A stretch of 63,946 nt of DNA, filler included, from Phoronis australis (lineage: Eukaryota > Animalia > Phoronida): the NCBI GenBank assembly GCA_002633005.1. It is 12 parts of 12 records of this genome, joined end to end, with 100 filler letters (N's around TTAATTAATTAA, not from the genome) between each part and the next. Parts side by side here need not be neighbours in the genome. Positions count along the whole stretch, not along the records: positions 10,546 to 26,057 come from NMRA01001530.1; 11 more parts are not named here. The stretch is one strand, 5' to 3'. The translations under genes and the position numbers were made by a program. Positions 12,039-25,222 of the stretch are shown piece after piece (position 1 is the stretch's first letter; each line of letters starts with the position of its first letter). The notes below the pieces were generated by a model. The model worked only from the letters and a program-made list of their open reading frames with translations, searched no databases and had not been told where the DNA came from.

Positions 12039-14505
12039 CTTTAAGATAGAGTGACAACAAAAATTATACTGATATTTCGTTGCATCAGTGCTACAACAAT
12101 AGTTAAAGCTTTTGCACAATTTATCGGTTCACGTAAACACCAAACACTCCATTTACAGTCGTACGGCGCGTAGTTCTACGCATCCTCAACCATACGCATT
12201 TCCAAACATCCACGATATAAGTTGCGTTTACAACTTACACCCCAATCACCCCNCTCCTATACTCTTTATTTTCCACTGCAATAAACCTAATCGGGTGGAA
12301 AAGATTACAAGCACAGAACTTTCTAACAAAGATTTGCACGCCCAATTAACTCGTGCATGTCTTTATGAACAGGGTGGACTTGCTGCCTGAGTGGCTGGGG
12401 TAAAGCACCCCTCCTAGGCTGGTCTTGGTGTAGCAAGACACAACACCATTCATTGGCATGCCGGGACTGTATGAACAACATATTCTCAAACAATCCCTAA
12501 CAGAACATTTTGCTCACCACCGAGGTCCGTGCTTTTTGATGTGTTTACACGGGTCTATTATGATTATTGTTTAGATCATTACTATGTACGTGCTTCCAGT
12601 GAACAACTTTTCGATTTGTTATGTAACCCGGCGGTAATGGCGCCTTCACAAATTATCGAAACTTGACGAAATCTTTGTCTCTATGGTTAAGTCTTACAGA
12701 AACTTGCAGGTACCTCTGTCAGGGAGGCTATTTTTGTCTTTTAGCAACATTTTGCAAGTCAGGTACGGGTTCTGATGAAAAAAGCGAAAATGAATCAGGC
12801 AAGGAAAATCGTTTACGAGAGCTAATGAGGATGATTGTATGTGTTGCAATCTTAAAATAAAAATGAAAGTTATTCAGTTTCATGATATTGCTTCAGTTTT
12901 CTGTCTACATGAAATAGTACTTTTGTGAAATGTTAGCCAATAAAACAGTTCACTCAAGTAATTCCAGTCTGCCAAAAATTCCGCATTCCACTAGCGCGCA
13001 TTCCCATAGTCTTTAGTCCTTTAGCTTTGTTTCTTGCCATGTTCCGTCCTAAGTCGACGCCAAAACAAGTAGACAGAGGGGTATGCTCCCGAATACCCAA
13101 TTTTTCAAAATTTTTGTGACAAACTTTGAATTAAAGCATTTTCAAGTACTTTGCAATTATTTTCTGTATGCATTTGCTAAAAATTGTCAATAATAAAACG
13201 TAACTTGTGACTTTTTGCTATTTGATTTTTATCGGTAAAACTCGTGCAACTTGTCTTGGCGAATTTCAGTATAATCTATACGTTCAACGCGTTGCTATCT
13301 CGGTGAATGTTTAGTTTCTCCAAAACTATTTTCAAAAATGAAAAACAGAAATATTATTTCGACTATTGAGTGCCATTGTTGATTAATTCCTTGAAACATT
13401 GTTACACTATTGGCCGCATTTTAGGCCCGTCGATTTACTTGTCGAGAGTACGTTATTTCCGGGACAGTCGATTTCCGGATTTTGAAATGGAGAGCGAGAA
13501 TTATTCACTCAAAAGACCTGTACCGTCACCAATTTCACCGTTCTTGCCCTCAAAAAAGTGTACTTCCACTCTTCATCGATCATTAAAATGGAATTTGGAT
13601 TTCGCATTCACACTCTGACAGAAAATGCGGAGTGGTGTTTCGGTCCCCGGGTGTCCTGTCCGATCCCGGTTCCTGTTTTAAAGGTCGGTGTTCGTGTTTT
13701 TTTTTTCCGGATGGTTAGCTGTTTTGAAGGTGCGGGAATCTGTTTTCGACTCCGGGATGTCTGTTTTGCACCAGGCTTCCGATTTCGATGGAACACCGGC
13801 CTTGCAAGTGGAAAGTTAACACGCGGTCGTTCCCGCAGCCTTGCGGAATGTTTGGGTGGGCTCGGTAGAAATGAGATAAAAAGTACCGGCTGTTGGAACT
13901 CAGACCAAGCAAACTGCCACAATTATGAGCTTTGCCGTTAAATATGTGCTCGCAATGAGCGTCTTGAAAAAATTTTCCGTGATTTTGAGGAAGAAATTTA
14001 TTATCACACTGTAGCCGAGAGTATCAGGTCTTAACACGGCTTCTAGTCTCGGCGCGGAAGGCGAAACGTTCAACATGGCACATTTTTAACATGCCTCGTA
14101 AAACTTTGTTTGCCACGCACTGAGATGTGATGCGCGTTGACGTGACTGTAGATAAGTTTGGAGTCGGCTCCCAGAAAACTGGATTGCCAACACGACCTTT
14201 CAATGCAACAAACACCTGTCTACTCTCCGTATAGTTCCCTACAAAATTGAGTATGGGGGTGTCGTAGCCGGTTGCCTCTGTGAAGCATATTCCAGACCAC
14301 AAAAACTACGTGGAAACGGGAAATGAATTCGGCGACACGATGCCAAGTGATTCAAATTTGAGGCAAATCTATACCCGACGAATTATCTAACCAATGCAAT
14401 ACTGCACGCTGAATGATACCATGAAATCAAAAACAGCCATCCAATACGCAGCCAGGTCATTGCCATGCAGTGTTATGGAAGTGGCCATCCAGGGTCTTCC
14501 CTCAC

Positions 14506-14584
14506 CTTACGATGATGAATCCGTGTTCATCGTAACACTTCTGCACTCGGGCTGTCACGTCAAACTCCGGAGTAAAAGTGAATT
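14506..14584 (-). CDS. PhyH-family dioxygenase, coding exon 2: (E)FTFTPEFDVTARVQKCYDEHGFIIV(R)
   Basis: Acceptor gtttatttcag, donor AAG|gtgagg, 79 nt, phase 1 to 2; yields the canonical PhyH N-terminal Y-x-x-x-G-F-x-x-x-R-N-L-L motif when spliced. Confidence 0.85.
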
Positions 14585-15169
14585 CTGAAATAAACGAAGA
14601 AGTGTCGACTGGAGCTGCGTTCTAAGCAGAGCAAGACTTGCAAGAACTTAACTATGTAATTACGTGTAGGGTATAGGCGGATTAATTTGCAGGCGTGAGG
14701 GCTAAACCGTGGACCCAGTCCTTGGTAGTGCCCGTTCATGGCATCCGTGTGGCCACCCTTTTCGTGTTCTTTATTTATAGCTTCTTAAAGGGCCGCTCAC
14801 GGAGACAGAGCCCAGTGATGGAATCAATTGCCTCTATTGCCCTGCCTTCGAGAAATCGTACGATCTTCTGTTAAAAGGTGGGTCGTTTCTTGGACGGTTG
14901 CCACGGTGATGGAATTAAATGTAACTCCTTCCATGTTAAAGAGGCATGGAACGCAAAAGCTCGCCAAAAATATCTTTTAAACAATTCCTGACGAAAGTAC
15001 CACCTCGAAACGTCTAGTACAGTGTAATTCACTTTTCTCTGTGAGGAAATTTCCAGGAAAAAATCACATCATTCACGATTTTTGAAATACGCCGAAGGAA
15101 AAACTCTGTAGTTACCACAGAGTTTCTAATCTCCCTCCCACTTCTGATAAATGCTCGCATACACTCACA

Positions 15170-15248
15170 GTCAGTTGCTTGAAGTCTCTTGAGGTCAAAG
15201 GTCACAATTTCCATTTATAAGGAAAATGTGCTACGTCTATGTCTTGGC
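15170..15248 (+). repeat. Dispersed repeat fragment; second copy at about 59991-60064
   Basis: cagttgcttgaagtc...gaggtcaaa...aaatgtg.tacgtctatgtcttg shared between contigs. Confidence 0.75.
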
Positions 15249-16639
15249 GATCATAAACAGAGATTCAATGATTTTTGGAGTTTAAGATTATCTCATAAAT
15301 CATTATAGCTAGCCCTGTTAAGAACCAGAACACAGTCACGTTAACACGAATAAATTTGGAAAAATTTTTGGAGTGAGCCACAAACCCTTTACGTGGAATA
15401 GGCTACTCTGTCTCTCGTGTTTCCCGGTTGCCCGTAGACAATCTGTAAGCTTGCCTTCGGGATTGACTTATGATACTTTGTTTTGATAAAAATCAAATTA
15501 GTTGGTTTCTGATTTTCATGTTTATGTAACTGTTAAAATAAACTGATTTGTAGATGCTTTTTTGACCATAGACGCTAATATTGAAACAATTCATGATGCT
15601 TCAGTGAACTTTGTTGCAGACTGAAGTTGAGCAAATCTCTATCATCCGAACCACAAATAGCGAAGAACACTAGACAATTTTTGCCTATCTAAACAACTCG
15701 CAAAGATATTGATGAAATTTGGAAAAAGCAGCTCTCCAGAGTGTTTCAAAACATGAATTCGCAATTCAAATGACAATAAATGCATCGTTTATTGACGTAG
15801 GGTAAAGCTTAGTGGTTTAAAGTGGCATGAAATGTGGAAAACAGACTAAATTGCCTTATTCAAAGTGGTTCTCTGCAACTGCAACAGAATTCAAACTGTT
15901 CACCGGGTATTTTACAGTTTGTTGGGCGCAGAATTTGATCCACGAAAGTTGAATTTAAACTTATGACGTTGCACTGAAGTGTGAGCACATATTATGAGAC
16001 ACCCAGTGTATTATTTGTCCCCTTCTACCAAAAACTGGGCTACTCGTGTTTTAACAAGTGATTTTGAAACAGCCCCTAAGGCAGGGTAACAGGGACCCCG
16101 GAACCTCACCCTTTCAAAATGTACCTTCAAAGCACAACCCTAATAAAAAACTTTTCCCAAGCTGGCCTACAATAAAAGGAATCTTAACCTTAATGCCACT
16201 GCAGACGGATCTGCAGTGGGGCACTTGCAGGGTCAGTTACGGCCTTGCACCCACACACCCACGGCAAACATGACAGAGATGTACTCGTTTTTCAGGCTCA
16301 ATTGAAACACTAAAGTTGCAAGCTTTCAAAGCACTCCTTAACATCGTGCTCAAAAACACTACACAAAACAAATAACTAGTCCTAGAAGTTACAGCTACTG
16401 CGCATTAGAGATGACGACTGCAACCTACAATATGTATCACCACCCGTCTCAGTCGGTGGTGATGCTTCAAAGTTCAGTGCGTTTGTCTTACCTATTCTTC
16501 ATCAGAAAAGATGCGACTCATTTACTAGGTAACATAAGTGTGTATTACAATACACGCTATTGTTAACTAGTGTTCTTTTATGGGCACAAATGACACCAGC
16601 GAGAAAAAAGTTCACTTATTCCCCACGTTTGACACAGAC

Positions 16640-16658
16640 CTGCTGGCAATGCGCTCAT
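16640..16658 (-). CDS. Probable first coding segment of the PhyH-family gene: MSALPA(E)
   Basis: GAAG-ATG at 16658 inside exon 16640-16729 (acceptor tctgttgatag, donor CAG|gtctgt); phase 1 matches exon 14506-14584; in-frame TAG upstream. Confidence 0.6.
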
Positions 16659-16776
16659 CTTCTGTTTTGTTCAATCTGATCCAGTTTGAAGGTCGGTTAC
16701 CAGTTATCGCTAGCCAGTTACAACTGTTCCTATCAACAGATAAAAAAGAAACAGGTCAATAGGATCATCTAAAGTT

Positions 16777-16948
16777 CGTTCACATGCACCTTTTCGCACA
16801 GGGGTGCAAATTTCCACCGACATGCAAGTTTCCACCCGAATGTATTTTCAGTCCATTTAAAAGGATTTATTTAAATGGATAAATTTACACCAGGTGCAAA
16901 TTTGCACTACCTACAGATGCAAAATTACGCACCCCTCCATGCAAACGC
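16777..16948. mobile_element. Small degenerate palindromic MITE-like element built from GGTGCAAATTTGCAC(C) motifs
   Basis: Repeated ggtgcaaattt/aaatttgcac motifs, central tccatttaaa...tttaaatgga inverted repeat, ends gttcacatg/catgcaaac. Confidence 0.55.
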
Positions 16949-18364
16949 TTAACAAATTTTCATATGCGTGCCAACTATTTTTCCCGGATTCCAGCCAATA
17001 TTTCGTGAAGGCGACGAAGCAAAGAAAACTTCAATATTCTATATTCAATTTCCATACCTTGTTTCATACAGGAGTTGTGCACATTCCACACTTCAGAGAA
17101 ACATGATTGGCCAGCTGAAAGGATAGTGAGAGATAATCATGATGAGGTGACTAACTTGAAGTCACATTACCTAAAGATCACCGTTATCGTCTCTTTCACA
17201 AAACATAAAACAGTCACGTAATTCCACTAACTCGGAGTCACCTTAGCGACCCCTTAGTGTAAAGATACATTAATTTGCATTGACAAGTTTTCGTAAGTTA
17301 TATCTGAATTATTGCATTGTCTTAAAATATCTGGAGTCAAATGCGTCACGCTGTTATAAATCCGGATATCCGGATATTAGGCACGTGCCCCTAACAGTGA
17401 AGCTGCGCCTGATTTTGCAGCTTTGGCACATATGCAGCGGGCGGAGAAACAGGAGGGACCATCACATGCGGGGATAATTTGGGTTCTCTTGACGACTTTA
17501 TGAGTATAATTAGTTTGAATTACATTACCGATATTTTTTTTCGGGTCGTGTGCCTCAAACAACACAGCCCTTTATTGTTGAAAGCGTGTATGCAAATGTC
17601 ATTGCTCTGCATGATATCATGTGAAAGTGTAACCCCACAATCAGGACAACTATGACACCTGACAAATTTCATACTCATTATCAATACTGTCTGGACACCG
17701 TTACCCATTAGAATTGAACGGTTTCATACGTTAACTGCAGCTTTAGTATTAGGATGGGCAATTTTCACCCAAAATTTCTTTTTAAGTTGCTAGAAAACCA
17801 AATAATACCATTTATCATTTTACAAATATTACCTCTGTTCACATCTACCACGAAAATAAAAAGTAATAGTTAACCTCTTAAGTTTATTAGCATTACATAT
17901 TTTGTTTAAATCCTGCTTAATCTCAAGATTAAGCGGAAGTGAGTGTTTCATGAAGTTGGAATTCCAAGATCACGCAAGTGATCTTGAGATTAAGCAAACT
18001 GCCAAACCCCGTACGTGAGCTTGGAATCGTGCGTGGACTTGGAATTAAGCGACTGCCTGGCACACAATCACAGAACAAGGCGCTTGGGCTGAAATCGTAA
18101 CTGAACCGGTAGGTTACAGAGAGAAAAGATTTCTAAAAAATCGAGATAAAGCTCCCGTGGCCCGGTCATCATATTGGTAAGTACCGAGGGACTGGAATAA
18201 AAAATCATTTAAGGACTGTATTCCCACAGTAATGCCCGGGCATTCAAGGTACATAGCCCTACGGCTACGGCGCCCATTTGAGTCGTATTATTTTCTGTGT
18301 TGCTGCCTATTCCAATATAAAAATAAAGCTGGATGTTTGAAATTAGTGCCTGGTTTATGTTTGA

Positions 18365-19546
18365 TCAAGAGGTGAATTAAACATTCATTAACTGGTTGCA
18401 ATATATTTTATATGCATTTTCTATTGATTTCGGAAGACTTCTGACCGAGTTTTTTCTACCCCGTAAATTCCCAGTTTAAGCAAGATACGCCCTTGCTTTA
18501 AATTGGAATAATTCAATTTCTGCTTTACAAAAAATCACATGATGAACCAAACATCCGGCAACTGGTTGCAATACATTTTAAATGCATTTTCTATTAATTT
18601 TGGAACACTTCTGAGCACATTCGCAGTTTTTTCTACCCAAGTCCAAGTTTAATTGGAACAATTCAATTTCTGCTTTACAAAAAATCACATGGTGAATCAA
18701 ACATTCTCTAACTGGTTGCAATACAATTTAAATGTATTTTCTATTACTTTTGGAACAATTCTGAACGCATTTGCAGTTTTTTCTACCTAATCCCCTAAGC
18801 AAGCCACACCGGTTGCTTAAACTTGGAATATTTCAATTTCTGCTTTACAAAAATCACATGGTGAATCAAATATTCTTTAACTGTTTGCAACACACTTTAA
18901 ATGCATTTCTATTACTTTCGGAACACTTCTGACCGCATTTTCAGTTTTTTCTACACGATTCCAAGTTAAAGCAAGGGTGTGGCTCGCTTAAACTTGGAGT
19001 AATTTTAGTTTCTGCCTTACAAAAAATCACGTGGTAAACCAAACAGTCTCTAACTGGTTGCAATACATTGTAAATGCATTTTCTATTACTTTTGAAACAC
19101 CTATGAATGCATTTCGTACTTTTTTGTAACCAATTCTGAGTTTAAGCAAGCCACGCCCTTGCTTAAACTTGGAATAATTCAATTTCTTCTTTACAAAAAA
19201 TCATGCGGTGTAGCAAACATTCTCTGACCGGTTACAGTATGTCATAAATACATTTTCTTTTACGTTTGGAACGCCACTGAATGCATTCCCAACTGTTTTC
19301 TACCCAATTTCAAGTTTAAGCAAGCCACGCCCTTGCTTAAACATGGAAGGTTTGTATATTAGCTTAACAAAAAGTCACAAGGTGAACCAAACATTCTCTG
19401 ACTGGTTACAATATGTTGTAAGCACAACTTTTTTCTTATCTTGAGTCGTTACTGAACACGTTAACAATCATTTCCTTCCGAATTCCACGTTTAAGCAGGC
19501 CACGCCACTGCTTCAACTTGGAATAATTCTATTTTTGCTTTACAAA
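18365..19546. repeat. ~174-bp tandem repeat, about 6.8 diverged copies, each with an internal hairpin
   Basis: Anchor tgctttacaa (or close variant) at 18521, 18671, 18841, 19013, 19187, 19361, 19536; consensus stem TCCAAGTTTAAGCAAG-ccacgcc-CTTGCTTAAACTTGGA. Confidence 0.95.
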
Positions 19547-20770
19547 CCCTATGTAAACCGGTTCTAACATACAAATGAAACTCGCATTTGCCCGAGTTGC
19601 GCTCCAAACAAAAGCTGATTCACATTTATTGTAAAAACATTGATCCTGACAGCAATCTCTGATTGGCTGATATATAGGGCATCGACTGCTTATCACATAT
19701 TGCTGCTCCATATTGCGGCATTGAGTTTACATCGCATTTCATCATTGTATCACCGATTCTTATCCTTTAATGTTTGCCAGTGTTGTAAAAGGTTCTCCAT
19801 GCCTTTTTGTATGGCACCTGACATAGGATACCATCCGTTGCCCTTGCTTTGGTGCAAAACTGTATGCTAAATTAATTCAGAACAAAATAGTGTCCCCTTT
19901 AATAAACAAACTTGGAATAATTTGTCTTTTCATTTAAAAAATAGGTATTGAAGCACCTTTCTCTCGCACATTACAATAAACTGTAAAAACAATTCCTGTT
20001 CTTGACTGCTCTAACACATTAGCAATCGTCTTATACATAATTCCAAATTTAACCAGTACTTAAAACAGTATTGGGTTTCACATTTTCAATTTTTAAAAAA
20101 ATTTAATACCTTTGATAAGACACTTTCATAGAAATAATGAAATCCTCGAGTTGGGTCCTTTCTTTTTGGGAAGCTCAGGGGGTCACAGAAAACATATTCT
20201 CCATGTTAGTGCGGGTGGTCCGGAGTCTCTGGACGTGGTGGATGTTACAACAAATATGATGGATAGTTTTTAAAGATATTTAAAAATAAGTATGTGACTT
20301 TGCTTTACCAATATCTGCATGGACAGGTCTAAGTTTTTATTTTTTCCAACATACCACCAAATTACAATACAACATAAAACATACTGTGTAAAGGTACAAA
20401 GGCTAGCATACAGTATTTTTCAAACAAAACTAGACAATGTCGTAATTTGACAAGGCTAATAAAATATTTGTTTCTTTTCTAATAGAATACAATCTAATTC
20501 TAGCTAAATCTCAACAAAAACAATTTATTGCGTAAGTCCCTTCACAAACAAAAAAATTAACGACTAGACACAATGTCGACATTCAACTCTGACAAAAGTT
20601 CAACTACGTAAACTGACAAATTATTCTGGTAAGAAGTTTATCCAAATTTGGCAGTCTTGGAGACTACTGTTGAAGTCTGTCTAGTTTATTTCGAAATCTT
20701 TTGGTACATGTACCTTTAAAATGCAACATCGCAACATCCCGACTTGCACAGATATTCTGCTGCTGTAATC

Positions 20771-20856
<86 letters not shown>
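20771..20856. repeat. (AAT)n microsatellite, about 28 units
   Basis: Perfect trinucleotide run. Confidence 0.98.
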
Positions 20857-20862
<6 letters not shown>

Positions 20863-23800
20863 ATGACATCACTGAGCAGACTCCATGGGATGTGTGTTGC
20901 GTAATGAATGGCGGTCATTTGAAAAACAATCTATTCCCCTACACTTTTATCATAACCTTTGACAAATGCAATACTACAATAAATGCTCAAATGGTGTAAA
21001 ATTTTTCGATGCTTGCCTTCTGTATACAAGAGCTACATGGAATATTGAAATGCATCCACGACTGCTACGCAATTCCAGTAGTGTTTTTAGAATCACAAAA
21101 ATGGTCATTACATGGTGCATAATGTGTTAACCCCATCGGAATTGAGAAGGTGGCGTCCTCACTGTAAAACAACTATTTGCCAAATTCCATGAAAGTATGC
21201 CAACGAACTCCTAACATACAGAGGCAAACGGAAAAATTGACATTAGGGGGCACAGCTTTAGTCTGATTTGTCTGTAATTCATCGTCATATGTTGCCATCT
21301 CTATAGAAGCCCATCTGCCAAATTTCGCAAAGATCCTAAAAAGGGTTTAGGAGATACAGCTCTAGATGCAAAAAAGCAAAATTGCCCCAAAAGGGCGCCA
21401 GAAGTCAAAAACATCTGAAAACTAACATCAGCCAGTGCCTTCACATCAGGAACACAAACGTCAATTTTCATAATTGTCCTTTGAATGGTTTGGCAGACAG
21501 AGACGCAGACGTCAAACACATACACGAAAATTTTAAAATGGCCACCAGGTGGCTCAGAAAAATTAAATCTGTCCAAAAATGGGAAGGCGATATCGTCTCC
21601 TTAATAGAAACCATTTGCTGTATTTCATGAAAATACACAACTGAAATTCAAAGGTATAGAGGCAAACTTTAAAAAGTTGATTTTGTCACAATAGCAGATT
21701 CCATTTTTAACTAGAGTCTGCCCTAACTTTAATTCAAAGGAAAAAAATTGTTAAAACTTTGAAAATAATAAGCAAGAATTATTAATGTTTTCACAACCCA
21801 TATTTTGTTGGCATCAGGTGATACATAGTTACATCTAAAATGCTCTCTGTCCCCACCAAGGTTTGAACCCAGAACTTTCTGCTAACCTGTTAGCCAACAC
21901 CTGATGTGATCAACATATGGGGTATGTGAAGACCAACAATTGTACGATGCGCAGTAAAAGAACAGTGTTCAAGCATGAGATTAAGGTTATGGAAGATACT
22001 AGACAAATATCCAAATTTGGTAAAGCTAAAAACATATCTTGCAAATGGCTGATAGGATTCCAATAAAAACTTTCAGATCTTGTACTTTATGCACTGTTCC
22101 CCATCACGCTTTTAGAGATTGTCTTTTGACTGATCTACTTTGGCATGGGAGGGCTAGCTAAAACAGGGTCTTTCAGTAATTTCATGAAAAACTCAAACAT
22201 TGAATAAAACGAAAAGGGTTACTTAGAAAACAGAATCGGCCTTTTTCAGACTTCATCTTGAACATTTATATAAAAAGAAAATTGATCATAATATCAACTC
22301 CACTCTTTTGCTATGAATGTATTCCCCTTTTCCGGAATCTTATTAAAAATATGGTCAAGGGACCCAATTAATGGCAGATTTATATATAAAGTCAATAGAT
22401 ACAGACTCTCTACTTACATTAATTAAAGTAGTGTTTTAGAAAGTTAAATTCCAATGTTTGTAGATATTTGTCAGTAAGGTGCCACATAACCTTATGTCCT
22501 GAATTAAATTTTGGTTTACTCATGTTGTTTCATTACTTGATTACTGATACTTCTGTCCTCTCTGATTGTCTGGAACACAGTTTGATAATTTTGACCCACC
22601 TCCCTGTGGAATATGAAATATAGACTGATCTATTGGGCAGATTAGGTTACGTAGACCTGAGAGGGATATATGCTGCCTTTGGCCTCGGGCAACATTGCTC
22701 TTCCTTGGTCCATATTACATTCGGGATCAATATAATGCTTAGGGCTACACCAATCACTCTCATACTAGTGATAAGACAACAGTCAAGAGTTCATTGGCCA
22801 GTAGCATTTCAGGTGATTCATTGGCAAGCAGCTTCAGATGCTGTGACAGCAATGAAATGGGGTCCTCCAACCCTTGGCTAATCTGTTGATCTACAGACAG
22901 TGCACAGTAGCACGAATGGTTATCACAGATTCTGTGTAAGCGATAAAGATGTTCACTAACATGTGCTGTCAATGAGACCAGCCTGGAACACAGGAAGCTG
23001 CTTGGTACCTGTTTAAAACAAATAGAATAGTTTAAATTCCTTTTATGCAAACATGATAATACTACATGCAAACTCTTCAATCAAAAATACGCATTACAGA
23101 CAAAATTGTTTTCATGTTGACGTGCATAATACCTGTGACTAATACATATACAAAGAGCTTTGAAAAGTGAACAAGGATAGAGATTTATTGTCAGTTGGTG
23201 AATGTAAGATCTGATAAGAAAATCAAGCAAATGGAAAATCTATTATTCTATGTTTCCACATTGTGACAATGATAATTCATTTGTCAGCAGATTCAAACAA
23301 GATCACCCATCACATTCAAGTATTCAAGTGGCGGATCTAGGATACCATAAAGGGGGGGGGCGGCNCAACCTATAAATGAAAGCGTTGATGGAAACACTTT
23401 CTTGATAGAAGACAACCTTCAAGGACAATTACAAATGCATAAAAAAGCTGAAATTCACCCATCTTGCATAACGAAAAACCAATATTTACACAACTTAGAT
23501 ATGTCATTACCTCTGTATGCTCCTCACTCACATGGGAACATTTGTATCAAACATTACTGTATGCCCCCATGTTTCAGTCCAGTTGTTAAATATTATCGTC
23601 TGTATTTAGAGATGTCGACAACCTGCAAAGGACGCGCATTCATAAGTTACCTCACTCAGTCTAACATGGTTGCTTTTCAAACAGCGAATGCTGGGCAGTG
23701 GTTTGTAAGATGTTGTGCCAAAGCAAGTGGTATGAACAGTATTATTTCACTGAGACTTCATAACAGTGACGATGATAACAGTGATGGCTATGGTCTGAAG

Positions 23801-24274
23801 CGATCGTAAATATGTTTGGTTCGGACAATGAGATAAATTATACATAGCTCATTGGGTTCGGAACTAAATGCATTTTAATTTCATATTTTTAAAAATGTTT
23901 TTGGGAATTCAGACACAGTTATGTGTTACTAAAATGCGGATTTGTGATGCCAAAAATTGCAAAATATCGTGAAGAAGTAGTGTTTTTTGTGATTATGGTG
24001 ACGCTAAAGTGATTTTAAGGTCACCTTTTAAAATTCTTTCAGGTAAATCATTTGGGGCAATCGAGTAACTCTAATAAAGAACACTTTCAGCCGTTTTCAT
24101 AAAGGTGGTTTAACAAGTCTTAAACCTGGTCTTCCTAAACCTAGCCTAACATCAGACCTAACTTGCATTTCACCAACATGGTTTAAAAGTCTGAAAACCT
24201 GGTTTTGTTAGATCTATAGCGGGTTTAGTAAAACCAGGTTTAAAGTTTCCAAGCTACCCTACTGTGTTGATCTG

Positions 24275-24424
24275 GAGTGCGTTCAGTAACGCTAGGACCT
24301 ACGCTAGGACCTAGCTAAAATCTAGCCAAAGTCACGTGCTCTCATTTGAAATACACGGCAATTTCTCGCGTAATCTCACAAAGTCTTGCTTTTTAGCGAG
24401 GTCCTAGCCTTACTGAACGGGAGG
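24275..24424. mobile_element. 150-bp MITE, copy 1 (TIR core CGTTCAGTAACGCTAGGACCT)
   Basis: Inverted ends; highly similar to the copy at 29657-29807; flanks CTG/GTG. Confidence 0.85.
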
Positions 24425-25059
24425 GTGGTTTAACCCAACAAAGAAACTATTAAAGTGCTTCAATGAAACCTTGATCACGTGGATACACAATGGCACACAT
24501 CAGTAGACATTTGCGAAAAAGGGCTAGAACCTTTTCTCACGAGGAAAAAAATGTTCCCTCCCACAACTGATGAGAGAAAAGGCCATTGTCCTAGTCGAGA
24601 ACAAGAAAATTGGTGCCAAATCAAGTCAACGTAAGCAGCAGGCTTGGAGACTGAGATATGGCGCCAGAATAAAGGCCAGAAAGAAAATTTCATCAGTGAA
24701 AAAATTGTGCCCAGAAAAACGGCGAAGGACCCAGTGGCAGATCTAAGATATCAACCATAAGGAGTTTTTTCTCATTTTGTATCGTCTGTGTACAACACAC
24801 GTACACACATTAAAGTACTTGCCCACCGATTAACCGCAACATAGTAAGTGTTGGAATGCCGTGCTGTTACCGACCAATAATAATACAAAATTGTAAAACT
24901 GTCTGTGGCACACCCTTGACAAAGATGTGGGGATATTTTGATATATTTTAGTACCGACGCTCGTCGTTTTAGTTTTACTAGTTTTACTATTTCATAGTAA
25001 AAGTAAATGCACACATTTATTTCTGTGTCATTTCACTTTTTTGTGGCCAAAGGGGGGCA

Positions 25060-25212
25060 CAGGGGCGGATCCAAGATTTTGAGTTTTGGGGGCCAGGGCA
25101 GAGTATTAACCAGGATTTTGCCGGTCAGACATTCGCACCCCCGAACTGCCAAATGCAATATGGGATAATTTAGGGGGGGGGGGAGTATGTCCCCTCACTA
25201 AATTCGCCACTG
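25060..25212 (-). mobile_element. CAG(G/T)GGCGGAT-family MITE, internally deleted copy
   Basis: Ends caggggcggatcc and tcgccactg; reverse-complement similarity to 25607-25859 and to 62643-62710. Confidence 0.75.
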
Positions 25213-25222
25213 GAACATGACC

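Noticed and set aside
16640-16729. Alternative reading NSCNWLAITGNRPSNW... as a fully coding exon
   Set aside because: Its phase would skip exon 14506-14584, which carries the PhyH motif; the MSALPA reading fits better
18365-19546. CRISPR-like array (palindromic repeat at regular spacing)
   Set aside because: The intervening sequences are homologous to each other rather than unique spacers; the context is eukaryotic and there are no cas genes
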